A stretch of 64,000 nt of DNA from Gemmatimonadota bacterium (GCA_039588295.1 JBDHAB010000011.1:1-64000), one strand, 5' to 3'. Positions 39,107-48,839 are shown, counted from the stretch's first letter. Notes: a model not told the origin generated them from the sequence alone. Program-made: numbers and translations.

Positions 39107-39320
39107 GCCCGGCGTTGAAAGCGTCGGCGTACGGCTCGATTGGCGGCTCGCCCCGAGGGAAGCCAACTCGCGGACGAGAACGCTATGCGGAACTGAGGGG
39201 ATGTTGAGGCCGGCGTGAGCAGAGGGGCGGGACGTGGAACGCCGTGGACGTCCCGCGCGACTCTTTCGAACAGGATCCAGGCGGCGAATACACCTCAAGA
39301 CGCCGCAGCAGGAGGTAGGC

Positions 39321-39547
39321 ATGGCTGCAGACCGCGTTGGCATCTATGGCACCGACGCGTGTCCGTATACCGCAACCGCTCGTAAGGACTGTGCCGAGCG
39401 GGGTTTGAGGTCACGTACAACGATGTCTCATCGGGTCCTGCGAAGCTCGATGAGATGCTGGAGCTAGCTCAGGGACGGAGAGAGCAGCCGGTTATCGTCG
39501 AAGACACACGTGTGACCGTCGGGTTTGGCGGAATCTGAGGAATCTGA
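39321..39547 (+). CDS. UXX-stop family glutaredoxin-like selenoprotein, interrupted by a -1 frameshift (possible pseudogene)
   Basis: AGGAGGT RBS; IYGTDACPYT in frame 0; GFEVTYNDV...EMLELAQGRREQPVIVEDTRVTVGFGGI-TGA-GI-TGA in frame -1; SECIS-like hairpin downstream. Confidence 0.8.
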
Positions 39548-39548
39548 C

Positions 39549-39566
39549 TGCGGCCGGTCGGCCGCA
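39549..39566 (+). promoter_or_regulatory. Candidate bacterial SECIS hairpin
   Basis: TGCGGCC-GGTC-GGCCGCA; the stem starts at +11 after the TGA at 39536-39538; G-rich GGUC loop. Confidence 0.7.
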
Positions 39567-39605
39567 AGTGGGGCCGGGGAATGCCCACGGCATTCCAAGT
39601 CGACC

Positions 39606-40409
39606 CTACGGCTCGTAGGTGATCACCAACTGGCCCGGGACCCGTCTGCCAGAGCGAGTGCGAGCGGGATAGAAGGTCCACGAACGCATGCGCTCGAGCA
39701 ACGCCTTGCGGAACGCGGAGTCCTCGATCTTCGGCTCGATCTCGACCTTCGTTACCCGACCGAGCGCGTCGACCCAGAACCGGATATTGAACTGCCGACC
39801 CTTAACAGACGCCGGAGGTTCCTCGAAGGGATAGATGATGGCGCGCGGTTCCGGCGCAACAAACACCTCGTCCCCACCCCCCGAACCCGGACCGATCCCA
39901 CTTCCCACCCCGGACCCGCGCCCGGTTCCCACTCCACCACCACTTCCCGACCCGGCACCAGGTCCTCCACCCGTACCCAACCCGGGGCCGAGCGTTTCAA
40001 CGCTCGCGGGACGAGCGGGCTCAGTCGGCAACGCGATCGCGGAAACCAAGGTCGTCGGGTCCGGTTCGGGAATGACCAGCTCTTGCATCGGAGGCTCGAC
40101 TTCAGGTACCGGAACCGTGAGCTCCGGCCGTTGCGCCTCGACGGGCGGCTGCTCCACCTGTGCCAGGGAGGCCGCCACGGGGGCGGGTGGGAGCTCGATG
40201 TAGCGGATCGCCCTCCCCCCGCCCCCTCCGCCACCGCCCCCGACCGGGCCCGGTCCCGTGCCACCACCGACGAGCTCGTCGAGCACCCCACCCATCGCGA
40301 TGGCCACCACGGCGAGCGCGTGGACCACGGCGGCCAGGACAACGCCGGTGCCATACCGGCGGTCGGACCGCGGCAGTCGCCCGGTCGGGTACCGCTTATG
40401 TCTTCTCAT
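39606..40409 (-). CDS. TonB C-terminal-like membrane protein with Gly/Pro-rich linker
   Basis: TM with the TonB-type His (AAVVHALAVV); poly-Gly and GxG linker; FWVDALGRV...WTFYPA C-terminal domain. Confidence 0.78.
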   Translation of the reverse strand: MRRHKRYPTGRLPRSDRRYGTGVVLAAVVHALAVVAIAMGGVLDELVGGGTGPGPVGGGGGGGGGRAIRYIELPPAPVAASLAQVEQPPVEAQRPELTVPVPEVEPPMQELVIPEPDPTTLVSAIALPTEPARPASVETLGPGLGTGGGPGAGSGSGGGVGTGRGSGVGSGIGPGSGGGDEVFVAPEPRAIIYPFEEPPASVKGRQFNIRFWVDALGRVTKVEIEPKIEDSAFRKALLERMRSWTFYPARTRSGRRVPGQLVITYEP

Positions 40410-40517
40410 CGTCTCCTATTACCACAACACACCCGGAATGCTCCTGGTTCACCTGGCGAGCCAGGCCGAGAACCAGTGGGGTACCGAGTAGCCGTGAGCG
40501 AGAGTGCCTCTCAGTCC

Positions 40518-41654
40518 CTAGTGGTGCTGGATCTGCTCGCGGATACGTCGGAACACGGCAGGATCCAGATCGTACACTCGCTCGAATGCGGCGACGGTCG
40601 CGCTCTCTTCCGCGCCGACCGCGTCGAGAAACACCCGCCGGTAGCGTGCGACCTGCGCAGGTGCATAGAACTCAAGGAGCAGCGCACCGCAACGGACCGC
40701 GGCTCTCCTCCGCAGATCCTCTCGCTCGTCGACGGTCGCGGCTTCCTCCTCACCCGGCAACGCATCGTCGAGAAGGAGGAAGCACAGCTCCTTCACGAAG
40801 GCAAACACGGCTGCATCCGGTCCCGTTGCAGACAACGGTTCCTGGACCGCAACCACCTGGTCGCTCGGATCCAGTGCCGCGACATCCACGATCCGGCCCT
40901 CGGGCCCGAGCGCCGGGGACGGCATCACGATCCCCGCCGTCAGTCGACGACGCTCGAGGTAGTCCGCAAGCTGCGGCGCAACGGCCGAATCCCACATCTC
41001 CTGCATGGCATCCGACCGGGCTTCCGCCTCCGCCTGCCGCTCCTCCCAGTAGTCCCGGTAGAACACCTCCCACTCGCGCTCCATCACGTCAACCAAGGCC
41101 TCCAGCAGCCGGCGTTCGCTTCCCTTCTGCAGGGTCTGACCGACCACGAACGCGCCAAACTGCACTTCTCGTGCAGCCAACTGCTCGTCCCCGGTGCGAC
41201 GCTTGGCCACCGCTCGCAGGGCACCCAGCATCTGCTCCGGCCCTGCCCTGGGGAAATACAGCGGTACGAAGTGGAGCGTCTCGAGGTTCCTTCCGTCACC
41301 GATGTCCGCTCTCAGCTTCGGGGCCAGCGAGTCCAAGGTAGTCGGGTAGACTCCACGCTCCTGTTTGACTTCGCGAATGTGCCGGGCGTAGTCGGCGCTA
41401 TACAGGCCGAGCGGACCAGGTTGATCGGCCGCAATGACCGCCATCGCGTGGAACCAGAGGTTGGTCTGCGCCGCCGCCTGAAGCCGCCATCCGCCGTCCG
41501 GGTCCACGGTCGGTGCGGCGGGCACTTGGGGGGTTCTCGGCCTGCGTTGGGCCGTGACCGAACCGGGCCACATGCTTACCAGAACCATCCCGAGCGCGAC
41601 CGCGACCGCAGCCCGTCGGAGAATACGACTCCCTCTGTGTTGCTTTGTGTTCAC
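40518..41654 (-). CDS. Hypothetical secreted, largely helical protein
   Basis: Signal peptide (RRAAVAVALGMVLVSMW...VTA-Q); long ORF with coding-like composition; no family recognised. Confidence 0.7.
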   Translation of the reverse strand: MNTKQHRGSRILRRAAVAVALGMVLVSMWPGSVTAQRRPRTPQVPAAPTVDPDGGWRLQAAAQTNLWFHAMAVIAADQPGPLGLYSADYARHIREVKQERGVYPTTLDSLAPKLRADIGDGRNLETLHFVPLYFPRAGPEQMLGALRAVAKRRTGDEQLAAREVQFGAFVVGQTLQKGSERRLLEALVDVMEREWEVFYRDYWEERQAEAEARSDAMQEMWDSAVAPQLADYLERRRLTAGIVMPSPALGPEGRIVDVAALDPSDQVVAVQEPLSATGPDAAVFAFVKELCFLLLDDALPGEEEAATVDEREDLRRRAAVRCGALLLEFYAPAQVARYRRVFLDAVGAEESATVAAFERVYDLDPAVFRRIREQIQHH

Positions 41655-41958
41655 GGGTGCCTTCTACGAGTTCGGTGGTCGTCTCAATTCGCTCACGGAT
41701 GGTGGAACCCGCCCGTCGGATCATGGTTCCGCAGTGTTGATGAAGTGGGAACCCGCCCGCCTAGGCGCGAGCCCTACTGCGACCGCCAGCGGGCGAGACG
41801 AGCGTCAGCTCTTCTCGGCAGCCTTCAACAGTCTCTCGACGAGTCGTTCCTGGGTCTAGGGATGTTCGCACCGATGGACCAGGCGTCGACCTAGCGTGGT
41901 GGGGCGGTACCCCGCCCACGCCGGCGAATGTCGCGCCCGCGACGGGAATCGCGCGACT

Positions 41959-42717
41959 CTACATGTCCATCGGGTCTGGTACGGCCTCCCAAATGACGTC
42001 GTCGTGGGCCGCGATCATCCTTCCCATGTCCGCCCACACGTCGGGATTCGCAGTCAACTGTGCCAAGAACCCCTCGAAGAAATCGTCCATGTCGTCCCAC
42101 GCCTCGAACAGGTACAACACCTTCCGGTTGTACCTCCCACCCGTGTTGTGCCCCATCTCGACCCACCCCCCGAGATGCTCATCTTCCATCCCCTGATTCA
42201 TGCTTGGCGTGGCCACCTGGCTCCACAAGCGATTCCACTCGCCCAAGTCCGCAAAGCCGATCTGGAACCGGGAATCGTAGAGGTACTGGACGTCGAGGCC
42301 GTCCGGCACGTTCATGTCGGTGATGTCCCAGATCTCATCGTAGTGCGCCATGATCATGGCCGTGCTGCGAGCCGTGGCTTCCGGAGACCGCTGATTCAGG
42401 CGCCCCAAGTACTCACTCCAGAACTCGTCGAATTGCGCCCATTCCGTGGCACGGACCGCAAACCGCCAGTTGTACTCGCTGCCTGTGGAATGCTGCCACG
42501 CCCCCCAGCCCTGAATCACGCCCTCGTCGCGTAACTCCGCCAGGATGGGAACCGAATGTTCGTGATACAGGTTGATCCACTCCCCCAGGTCGCCATAACC
42601 GATCTTGTAGTACGCGAGATAGACCTGGGTGGGTGTCTGCTCTTCCGCCTGCTGCGCAGCGAGTGTCGGCGCAACGAGGAGAAGGATGATCGCGGCACGC
42701 ACGAGAGGACGAAACAT
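41959..42717 (-). CDS. Hypothetical secreted protein with two ~100-aa internal repeats (possibly dimeric alpha/beta-barrel / NIPSNAP-like)
   Basis: GGAGGT RBS; signal peptide MFRPLVRAAIILLLVAPTLAA; both halves share DLGEW, GW...H.TG..YN, W...D.F, AH.D.IW. Confidence 0.8.
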   Translation of the reverse strand: MFRPLVRAAIILLLVAPTLAAQQAEEQTPTQVYLAYYKIGYGDLGEWINLYHEHSVPILAELRDEGVIQGWGAWQHSTGSEYNWRFAVRATEWAQFDEFWSEYLGRLNQRSPEATARSTAMIMAHYDEIWDITDMNVPDGLDVQYLYDSRFQIGFADLGEWNRLWSQVATPSMNQGMEDEHLGGWVEMGHNTGGRYNRKVLYLFEAWDDMDDFFEGFLAQLTANPDVWADMGRMIAAHDDVIWEAVPDPMDM

Positions 42718-42993
42718 GGAGAACCTCCGGGAGGTCGGGAACTGGCAGATAGTACGCATCAGTGTTCCAATGAGCAACCCGCTGCGGACCGGCGTCCGAT
42801 CGTGGGACCCGCCGATCGGCGTGCCAGGCCACACCCCTGGCGCGGCCGCTTGTCCCCGGCCATTTTCCGCCGACGCTCTTCCTTCCGGAGTCTGCATGTG
42901 CTTCCGTGACTCGGCACCCGCATCCCACGATACGCGGGCAGCGACCGCCGTCGGCCGAGCTTCGGTGACGCCCGTAGCCGAATAGCATCCGTC

Positions 42994-45900
42994 ATGCAGT
43001 GTACCGCCTGTGGCTTCCGGAATCCCGATCGCATGAAGTTCTGCGGAGAGTGCGGGGCGCCCCTTCAGGCCGAGGCGCCGCGCTCGCGCGAGGACACTGC
43101 CGAACGACGCCAGCTGACGGTCATGTTCTGCGACCTCGCCGAATCCACTGCGCTCGCCGAGCGCCTCGATGTTGAGGAGCTGCGGGAGGTGGTCCGCGAC
43201 TATCAGGAAGTGTGCGGGGACGTCGTGCAGCGATTCGGCGGCACGATCGCGCAGTATCTCGGCGACGGGCTGCTGGTGTACTTCGGATTCCCGGAGGCAC
43301 ACGAGGATGATGCGCGGCGCGCGGCGCGCAGCGCACTGGACATCACCGGAGCCATTGGGCACCTGAGCGAGCGGCTCGAATCGCAGCGCGGCTTTCGGCT
43401 TGCCGTCAGGACTGGCATCCATACCGGGCTCGTCGTCGCGGGGGAGGTGGGGGGCGGCGGGAAACGGGAGCAGCTCGCCCTGGGCCAGACTCCCAATATC
43501 GCCGCACGCCTCCAGGCGCTCGCGGAGCCCAACACCGTAGTCGTGAGCGGCACGGTCCTGCGCCTCATCGAGGACTTCTTCGATTGCGAGTCTCTGGGGG
43601 AACGACAGTTGAAAGGGCTCACCCAACCCACGGCGGTGTACCGCCTGCTCGCCGAGCGAGTCGCTCCCAGTCGGTTCGAGGGAGCCGGCCGATTGAGCCT
43701 CGTCGGACGGGACCGGGAGATGGCGGCGCTCGTAAGCGGCTTCGAGCGTGCCAGTTCGGGTGAAGGACACGTGGCGCTGGTTTCGGGTGGCGCGGGGATC
43801 GGGAAGTCCCTGCTCACGCACAAACTCAAGGAGCACACGGCATCCGATCGCTGCACCTGGCTGGTCGCGCGGTGCTCGTCGTACTACGCCGACAGCCCGT
43901 TCGAACCGCTGATCGACCTCCTGCACCGCGCCCTCCCCGTCGACCCACGGGGTTCCCCCGACCGAAAGCTCCAGCAGCTGGAAACCGGCCTGGGGAGCGT
44001 CGGTCTTCGCGTCAAAGAAGCCGTACCGCTGTTCGCAGATTTCCTGTCGATCCCCCTCAGCAACGGTTACGTGCCTCCGGCAATGACGCCGCAACGGATG
44101 AAGGAGAAGACGCTCGAGCTGCTGCATGCGATGCTGCGTGCCCTCGCCGCTCGGGGACCCGTCGTGTTCGTCGTGGAGGACATTCACTGGGCGGACCCAT
44201 CGACGCTCGAGTTCGTGGACCAGCTCGTCCAGCATGCGCCAGGCACACGGATGTTGGCGTTGGTCACCACGCGCCCACAGCTCGTCCCACCCTGGGTCGA
44301 GCAGCCACACGTAACCAGCATCATCCTCGAGCAGTTGACCGACGACCAAGTCCGCGATGTGGTCGAGGGAATCACCGGGGGCAAGGCGCTCCCTGCGGAA
44401 GTCCTCCACCACATCACGGGGAAGACGGACGGCGTCCCGCTGTTTGTCGAGGAGCTCACCAAGGCGATCCTGGAGGCCGATCTGCTCCGCGAGACGGATC
44501 GGCACTACGAGCTGACCGGCCCCCTGTCGTCATTGGCTATCCCCACCACGCTTCAGGACTCGCTCATGGCGCGGCTCGATCGGCTGGCGACCGGGAAGGA
44601 TGTCGCCCAGCTGGCCGCAGTGCTTGGCCGTGAGTTCACGTTCGAGCTCCTCAGCGCCGTCTCACCGGTCGCGGACGAGGTGTTACGCCACTCCCTCGAC
44701 CGGCTGGTCAGCGCACAACTCCTGGTCCAGCGCGGCACATCGCTCGACGCAACATTCGTGTTTCGCCATGCCCTGATCCAGGACGCCGCCTACCAGTCGC
44801 TTCTCAAGGCCACGCGACAGCAGCATCACGGGACGGTCGCCAAGATCCTCGACGAACGTTTCCCCGAGGTGCGCCGAACACAGCCTGAGGTCCTCGCCTA
44901 TCACTGCACCGAAGCTGGGCTGAACGAACCGGCGGTCGACAGCTGGATTCAGGCCGGCCGGCTCGCGGTGAGTCGCGGCACGAATCGGGAAGCCGTCCGG
45001 CATCTCCAGAGAGGGTTGGAGTTGATCGACGCCCTTCCGGCGACACCCGAGCAGCAACATCGGGAGTTGGTGCTCCAGAACACGCTGGGCGCCGCCCGAA
45101 CACCCCTCTACGGCTACGCCGCCCCCGAGGTGGAACAGGCCTACGGGCGCGCAGGAGAGCTCGCCGAAGCGCTTGGCGACACGCCGCATCTGTTTTGGGT
45201 GCTCTGGGGGCTCTCAACGTTCCATGTCGTGCGAGCAAACCTGGACAAGTCACTCGAGCTCACCCAACGCATGGTCCGGCTCGCACGCCTCCAAGACGAT
45301 CCGGTGGTGCGGCGCGAGGCGCATTCGGCGCTCGGAAGCACGCTGTACTTCCGCGGGGAGTTCGTCGCCGCGCACGGCCACCTCGAGGCTGGACTTGCCG
45401 ATGCCCTACCGGACGGCCACCTGGACCCCGACACAGAGCTTCCGACGCCGACGAGCGAGCATCTGGCCGGTGCGTATCACGAGCTGGTGACGTGCCTGTG
45501 CACGGAATCGCTCGTGCTCTGGCACTTAGGGTATCCGGATCAGGCACTGGCCCGGTCCGACTCCGCAATCGCCGTCGCTCGGAAGACAATGAGCCCGCAC
45601 AACCTGGGCTGGGCGCTGACGTACACGGCGCGGCTACACGCGTCGCGCGGCGAGCCCGATCTCAGCCGCGCGCGCGCCCAAGAAGTGATCGATCTCTCGC
45701 AGGAGCACGGCTTGTTCTGGATCACGCAGGGGAACTTCTTCCGGGGAAGAGCGCTCGCTGCAGCGCACCGACCGGAAGCCGACGAGGAGCCGCTTGCAGA
45801 AGCCTTCGCACTGATGCGCCTTGGCATCGACGGCTTCCGCACGCCCGGTGCCAAGGTGTCGCAGACCTACATGCTGGCGCAGCTCGCCGACGTCGACCTC

Positions 45901-46257
45901 AACCGCGGTGCCGTCGCCGACGCGGCACAGACGTTGGAGGAAGCCCACGCCGCCTTGAAGGCGACGGGCGAGCGCTACTGGGAAGCCGAGCTCCGCCGCC
46001 TGGACGGCGAGGTCGCGCTGGCGCAGGGCGACCGCAACGGCGCCGCGGTGGCATTCCAGCAAGCACTCGAAACCGCGCAAGCGCAGCGCTGCAAGGCGTT
46101 CGAGCTGCGCGCCGCGATGCGCCTCGGCCGGCTATGGACCGAGCAGGGGCGGCGCGACGAGGCCCGCCCCCTGCTCGGCGATGTCTACGGCTGGTTCGGC
46201 GAGGGCCTCGAGACCGTCGATCTCAAGCGGGCCAAGGCACTCCTGGAGCAGTGGTAG
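42994..46257 (+). CDS. Class III adenylate/guanylate cyclase with double zinc ribbon, STAND-type AAA ATPase and TPR domains
   Basis: CTAC/CGEC; VMFCDLAEST, YLGDG, GIHTG, PNIAARLQ; GGAGIGKS P-loop; EDIHWAD; GVPLFVEEL; FRHALIQDAAY; helical tail. Confidence 0.93.
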   Translation: MQCTACGFRNPDRMKFCGECGAPLQAEAPRSREDTAERRQLTVMFCDLAESTALAERLDVEELREVVRDYQEVCGDVVQRFGGTIAQYLGDGLLVYFGFPEAHEDDARRAARSALDITGAIGHLSERLESQRGFRLAVRTGIHTGLVVAGEVGGGGKREQLALGQTPNIAARLQALAEPNTVVVSGTVLRLIEDFFDCESLGERQLKGLTQPTAVYRLLAERVAPSRFEGAGRLSLVGRDREMAALVSGFERASSGEGHVALVSGGAGIGKSLLTHKLKEHTASDRCTWLVARCSSYYADSPFEPLIDLLHRALPVDPRGSPDRKLQQLETGLGSVGLRVKEAVPLFADFLSIPLSNGYVPPAMTPQRMKEKTLELLHAMLRALAARGPVVFVVEDIHWADPSTLEFVDQLVQHAPGTRMLALVTTRPQLVPPWVEQPHVTSIILEQLTDDQVRDVVEGITGGKALPAEVLHHITGKTDGVPLFVEELTKAILEADLLRETDRHYELTGPLSSLAIPTTLQDSLMARLDRLATGKDVAQLAAVLGREFTFELLSAVSPVADEVLRHSLDRLVSAQLLVQRGTSLDATFVFRHALIQDAAYQSLLKATRQQHHGTVAKILDERFPEVRRTQPEVLAYHCTEAGLNEPAVDSWIQAGRLAVSRGTNREAVRHLQRGLELIDALPATPEQQHRELVLQNTLGAARTPLYGYAAPEVEQAYGRAGELAEALGDTPHLFWVLWGLSTFHVVRANLDKSLELTQRMVRLARLQDDPVVRREAHSALGSTLYFRGEFVAAHGHLEAGLADALPDGHLDPDTELPTPTSEHLAGAYHELVTCLCTESLVLWHLGYPDQALARSDSAIAVARKTMSPHNLGWALTYTARLHASRGEPDLSRARAQEVIDLSQEHGLFWITQGNFFRGRALAAAHRPEADEEPLAEAFALMRLGIDGFRTPGAKVSQTYMLAQLADVDLNRGAVADAAQTLEEAHAALKATGERYWEAELRRLDGEVALAQGDRNGAAVAFQQALETAQAQRCKAFELRAAMRLGRLWTEQGRRDEARPLLGDVYGWFGEGLETVDLKRAKALLEQW

Positions 46258-46273
46258 CGGACGGACGACCTGC

Positions 46274-47638
46274 TCAGTTTCGCCAGCCCGTTTCCACGAG
46301 ATTCTTGAGGTCCTCGACGCTCGACGGGATGGTGAACTTCACTCCTTTCTCGTAGCCGTACCTGATCAGGTACTCGAGAAACCACCTGCTAATACCCACG
46401 TGCACGTCAGAGTCGACTCGTCCCCAGAACCGCGCCCACACGTGTGGGAACTCGAACAGGAGCTTCTTGAGCAGCACGAATAGTGTGACCGGCCGCACCC
46501 CGATGCGGGCGCACCCCGTGTCGCCGATCAGCTGTCGCATGTAGATGCGTGGCACAAGCCGCACGGCTGGTCCAGGCACCAGCGGCCGCAGAAAGCGCGG
46601 GAAGATGTGCTGGATGACGACCCCGACCATCCTCACGTGTGCGTCGGCCAGTGCGACCCCGTCGGGGTTCTTTCCCTCCGAGACATCCCGCCAGCCGCGC
46701 GTGAAATCCCTCGCGCCCACGTAGTGCCGGCGGCGGTATGAGTCGTAGAACTCCTTCGCTTCCGTCAGATTCTTCGGCAGGTACTCGAGACTGTGCGGCT
46801 CTCCGGGCGGGTGAATACCGAACATCTGGCCAAAGGTCCGCCACACGTAGTAGTACGCTTCCTCGTCGTCGGAGTACGGCCCCGTGCCCTCCGACCCCAT
46901 TCTCACCCGTAGGATCTGCAGTCCGCGCACCACCAAGAGCGAGAACCCGATCAGGGTTCCGAGGACGTCCTCGAGGCTGATCGGTTCAGCGCGCATCTGC
47001 TTCTTGTAATCAGGGTAATCCGCCCATTTGGGAGCGATGTTGACACGGACGCCCGCGTGCAGCAATCGCACCTGCTGCAGCGTCACGATGCCTCGCCGGA
47101 CCGTCCCCGGCTCGTGATCGTGAGAGGCATCGGTGTCGCTTGGGCACTCGAAACTGTGTGGGCTGCTCACATCAATCAGAAACCGCAGCGTACCCATCAG
47201 GCGATGGTACGGGTTGTCCCTCAACTGGCCCGAGATGTTGAGCACCTTCGTCAGCGGGGGGGACGCGTAGCCCTCGGGAATGCTCTTCAGCAGCAACGCC
47301 AGCACGCTGGGGATCAGATGGGTCATGAACGCCGTCTGGCCTCTGTCGATGCGCTCGAGATCGGTGTTGGGCGGCACGGTACTCGTCTGTCTGAGAAACT
47401 CCCGCAAGGGACTGAACTTAGGATCGGACTGGACTTCCGGTGGCAACGGATGGCCGTTTGCCTTCATCGCGGCGAAGATCTTCGATACCTCGCCCGTGGT
47501 TACGCCATTGGTGTTCAGCTTCCTCACACACTCGTCAGCCAGCGAATCGGTGTGGCCCCGAATCGTGTCGAGAAAACTGTCGTCCGACCACTTCGTAGTC
47601 CGTCTCGTTCCGGCACTTGCCGACGTCGCGTCGCTCAT
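46274..47638 (-). CDS. MpaB/DUF2236 (Lcp rubber-oxygenase-like) heme oxygenase family protein
   Basis: SIPEGYA...VL...GQL...RLMGT, VRLLHAGVR (RLxH heme ligand), PISLEDVLGTLIGFS, YYYVWRTFGQMFGI. Confidence 0.82.
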   Translation of the reverse strand: MSDATSASAGTRRTTKWSDDSFLDTIRGHTDSLADECVRKLNTNGVTTGEVSKIFAAMKANGHPLPPEVQSDPKFSPLREFLRQTSTVPPNTDLERIDRGQTAFMTHLIPSVLALLLKSIPEGYASPPLTKVLNISGQLRDNPYHRLMGTLRFLIDVSSPHSFECPSDTDASHDHEPGTVRRGIVTLQQVRLLHAGVRVNIAPKWADYPDYKKQMRAEPISLEDVLGTLIGFSLLVVRGLQILRVRMGSEGTGPYSDDEEAYYYVWRTFGQMFGIHPPGEPHSLEYLPKNLTEAKEFYDSYRRRHYVGARDFTRGWRDVSEGKNPDGVALADAHVRMVGVVIQHIFPRFLRPLVPGPAVRLVPRIYMRQLIGDTGCARIGVRPVTLFVLLKKLLFEFPHVWARFWGRVDSDVHVGISRWFLEYLIRYGYEKGVKFTIPSSVEDLKNLVETGWRN

Positions 47639-47774
47639 CGCGGTCTCCACCATTCATCCGTTACGCTACAGAGGCGGGGCTGGCGTGCATCACGAGCCTG
47701 GCCGACCTGACGCACCAGGCTATCGGGCGCACGCACGCCCGTTACTTTATGGCCATGTCCCATCCCACACGTCC

Positions 47775-48839
47775 GTGACCGAGCCGTTCCGCATTCTCGG
47801 CGCAGGACCGGCCGGCCTGACCGCCGCCATCACCCTGGCGCGCGCGGGGCATGCCGTCCAGGTGTTCGAGCGCGGTTCGGATTGCGGCGCCCGGTTCCAC
47901 GGCGACCTCCAGGGCCTCGAGAACTGGACCGCACCAGGCGACGTCGTCGAGGATCTCGCCACGATGGGCATCGAGATCGACTTCGCGTGCGATCCGTTCC
48001 ACTCGGCGGTGCACACCAATGGACGGCGCGCCAGGACGCTGGTGTTCGACCGACCGGCGTTCTACCTCGTCCGGCGTGGCACGGCCGCCGACAGCCTGGA
48101 CCAGGGACTCAAGCGTCAGGCGCTCGCGGCCGGCGCAACCATCCGTTGGGGCGAGACCCTGGCACCCGAGCAAGCAGACATCGTCGCCACCGGTCCCGAC
48201 ACTCGACGGCTCTTCGCGATCGACAAGGGAATCGTCTTCGAAACCGATGCCCCCGACATGGCGGTCGTGCTCACCACCGAGCGCGCCGCCATCAAGGGAT
48301 ACAGCTACCTGCTCGTCTCGCGCGGACATGGATGTCTCTGCACCGTGTTGTTCGACCGGTTCCGTGAAGCGCGCGAGTGCTACGTCTACACCCGGGAAAT
48401 GTTGCTTCGGCAATACCCCGTCCAGATCACGCATCCGCGGCCAGTCGGTGGCATCGGACACTTCTCGGGCCGAAGCCGGTTCCAGCAGGGGGCCACGCTG
48501 TTTGTCGGTGAAGCGGCCGGTCTGCAGGACCTCCTGTGGGGCTTCGGGATCCGCAGCGCCGTCACCTCCGCGCACCTGGCAGCGCGCTGCCTCCTCGAGG
48601 GCCGCGACTATGAGGCCGCCGCGCAGGCCGCGTTCGGGAGCCACCTCCGCGCTGGCGTCGTGAACCGATTCTTGTGGGAGGCACTCCGCCACGGTGACTA
48701 CAACCTCCTGATGTACATTCTGGCGCGCGGTGGTCTTGGTCTGCTGCACTCGTTCTACGGCTATAACTTGCTCCAGCGTCTGCTGTACCCGGGGGCGCGG
48801 CTCTTCGTGCAGCGGCGTTATCCGGCGCTCCACTTCTAG
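47775..48839 (+). CDS. FAD-dependent oxidoreductase (geranylgeranyl reductase-like)
   Basis: ILGAGPAGLTAA...VFER Rossmann motif; GYSYL; FVGEAAGLQDLLWGFGIRSAVTSAHLAA. Confidence 0.85.
   Translation: MTEPFRILGAGPAGLTAAITLARAGHAVQVFERGSDCGARFHGDLQGLENWTAPGDVVEDLATMGIEIDFACDPFHSAVHTNGRRARTLVFDRPAFYLVRRGTAADSLDQGLKRQALAAGATIRWGETLAPEQADIVATGPDTRRLFAIDKGIVFETDAPDMAVVLTTERAAIKGYSYLLVSRGHGCLCTVLFDRFREARECYVYTREMLLRQYPVQITHPRPVGGIGHFSGRSRFQQGATLFVGEAAGLQDLLWGFGIRSAVTSAHLAARCLLEGRDYEAAAQAAFGSHLRAGVVNRFLWEALRHGDYNLLMYILARGGLGLLHSFYGYNLLQRLLYPGARLFVQRRYPALHF

Noticed and set aside
39880..40270. Repetitive GC-rich DNA
   Set aside because: Explained by Gly/Pro-rich linker codons of the TonB-like protein.
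39525..41894. 789-aa plus-strand ORF
   Set aside because: Arg-rich antisense shadow of two credible minus-strand genes; no motifs.
42718..44505. N-terminal ~596 aa of the 848-aa minus-strand ORF
   Set aside because: Mostly the antisense shadow of the cyclase gene; the real gene starts at 42717 with an RBS and signal peptide.
47280..47774. N-terminal extension of the FAD oxidoreductase ORF
   Set aside because: Overlaps the MpaB-like gene antisense; the Rossmann motif begins just after GTG 47775.
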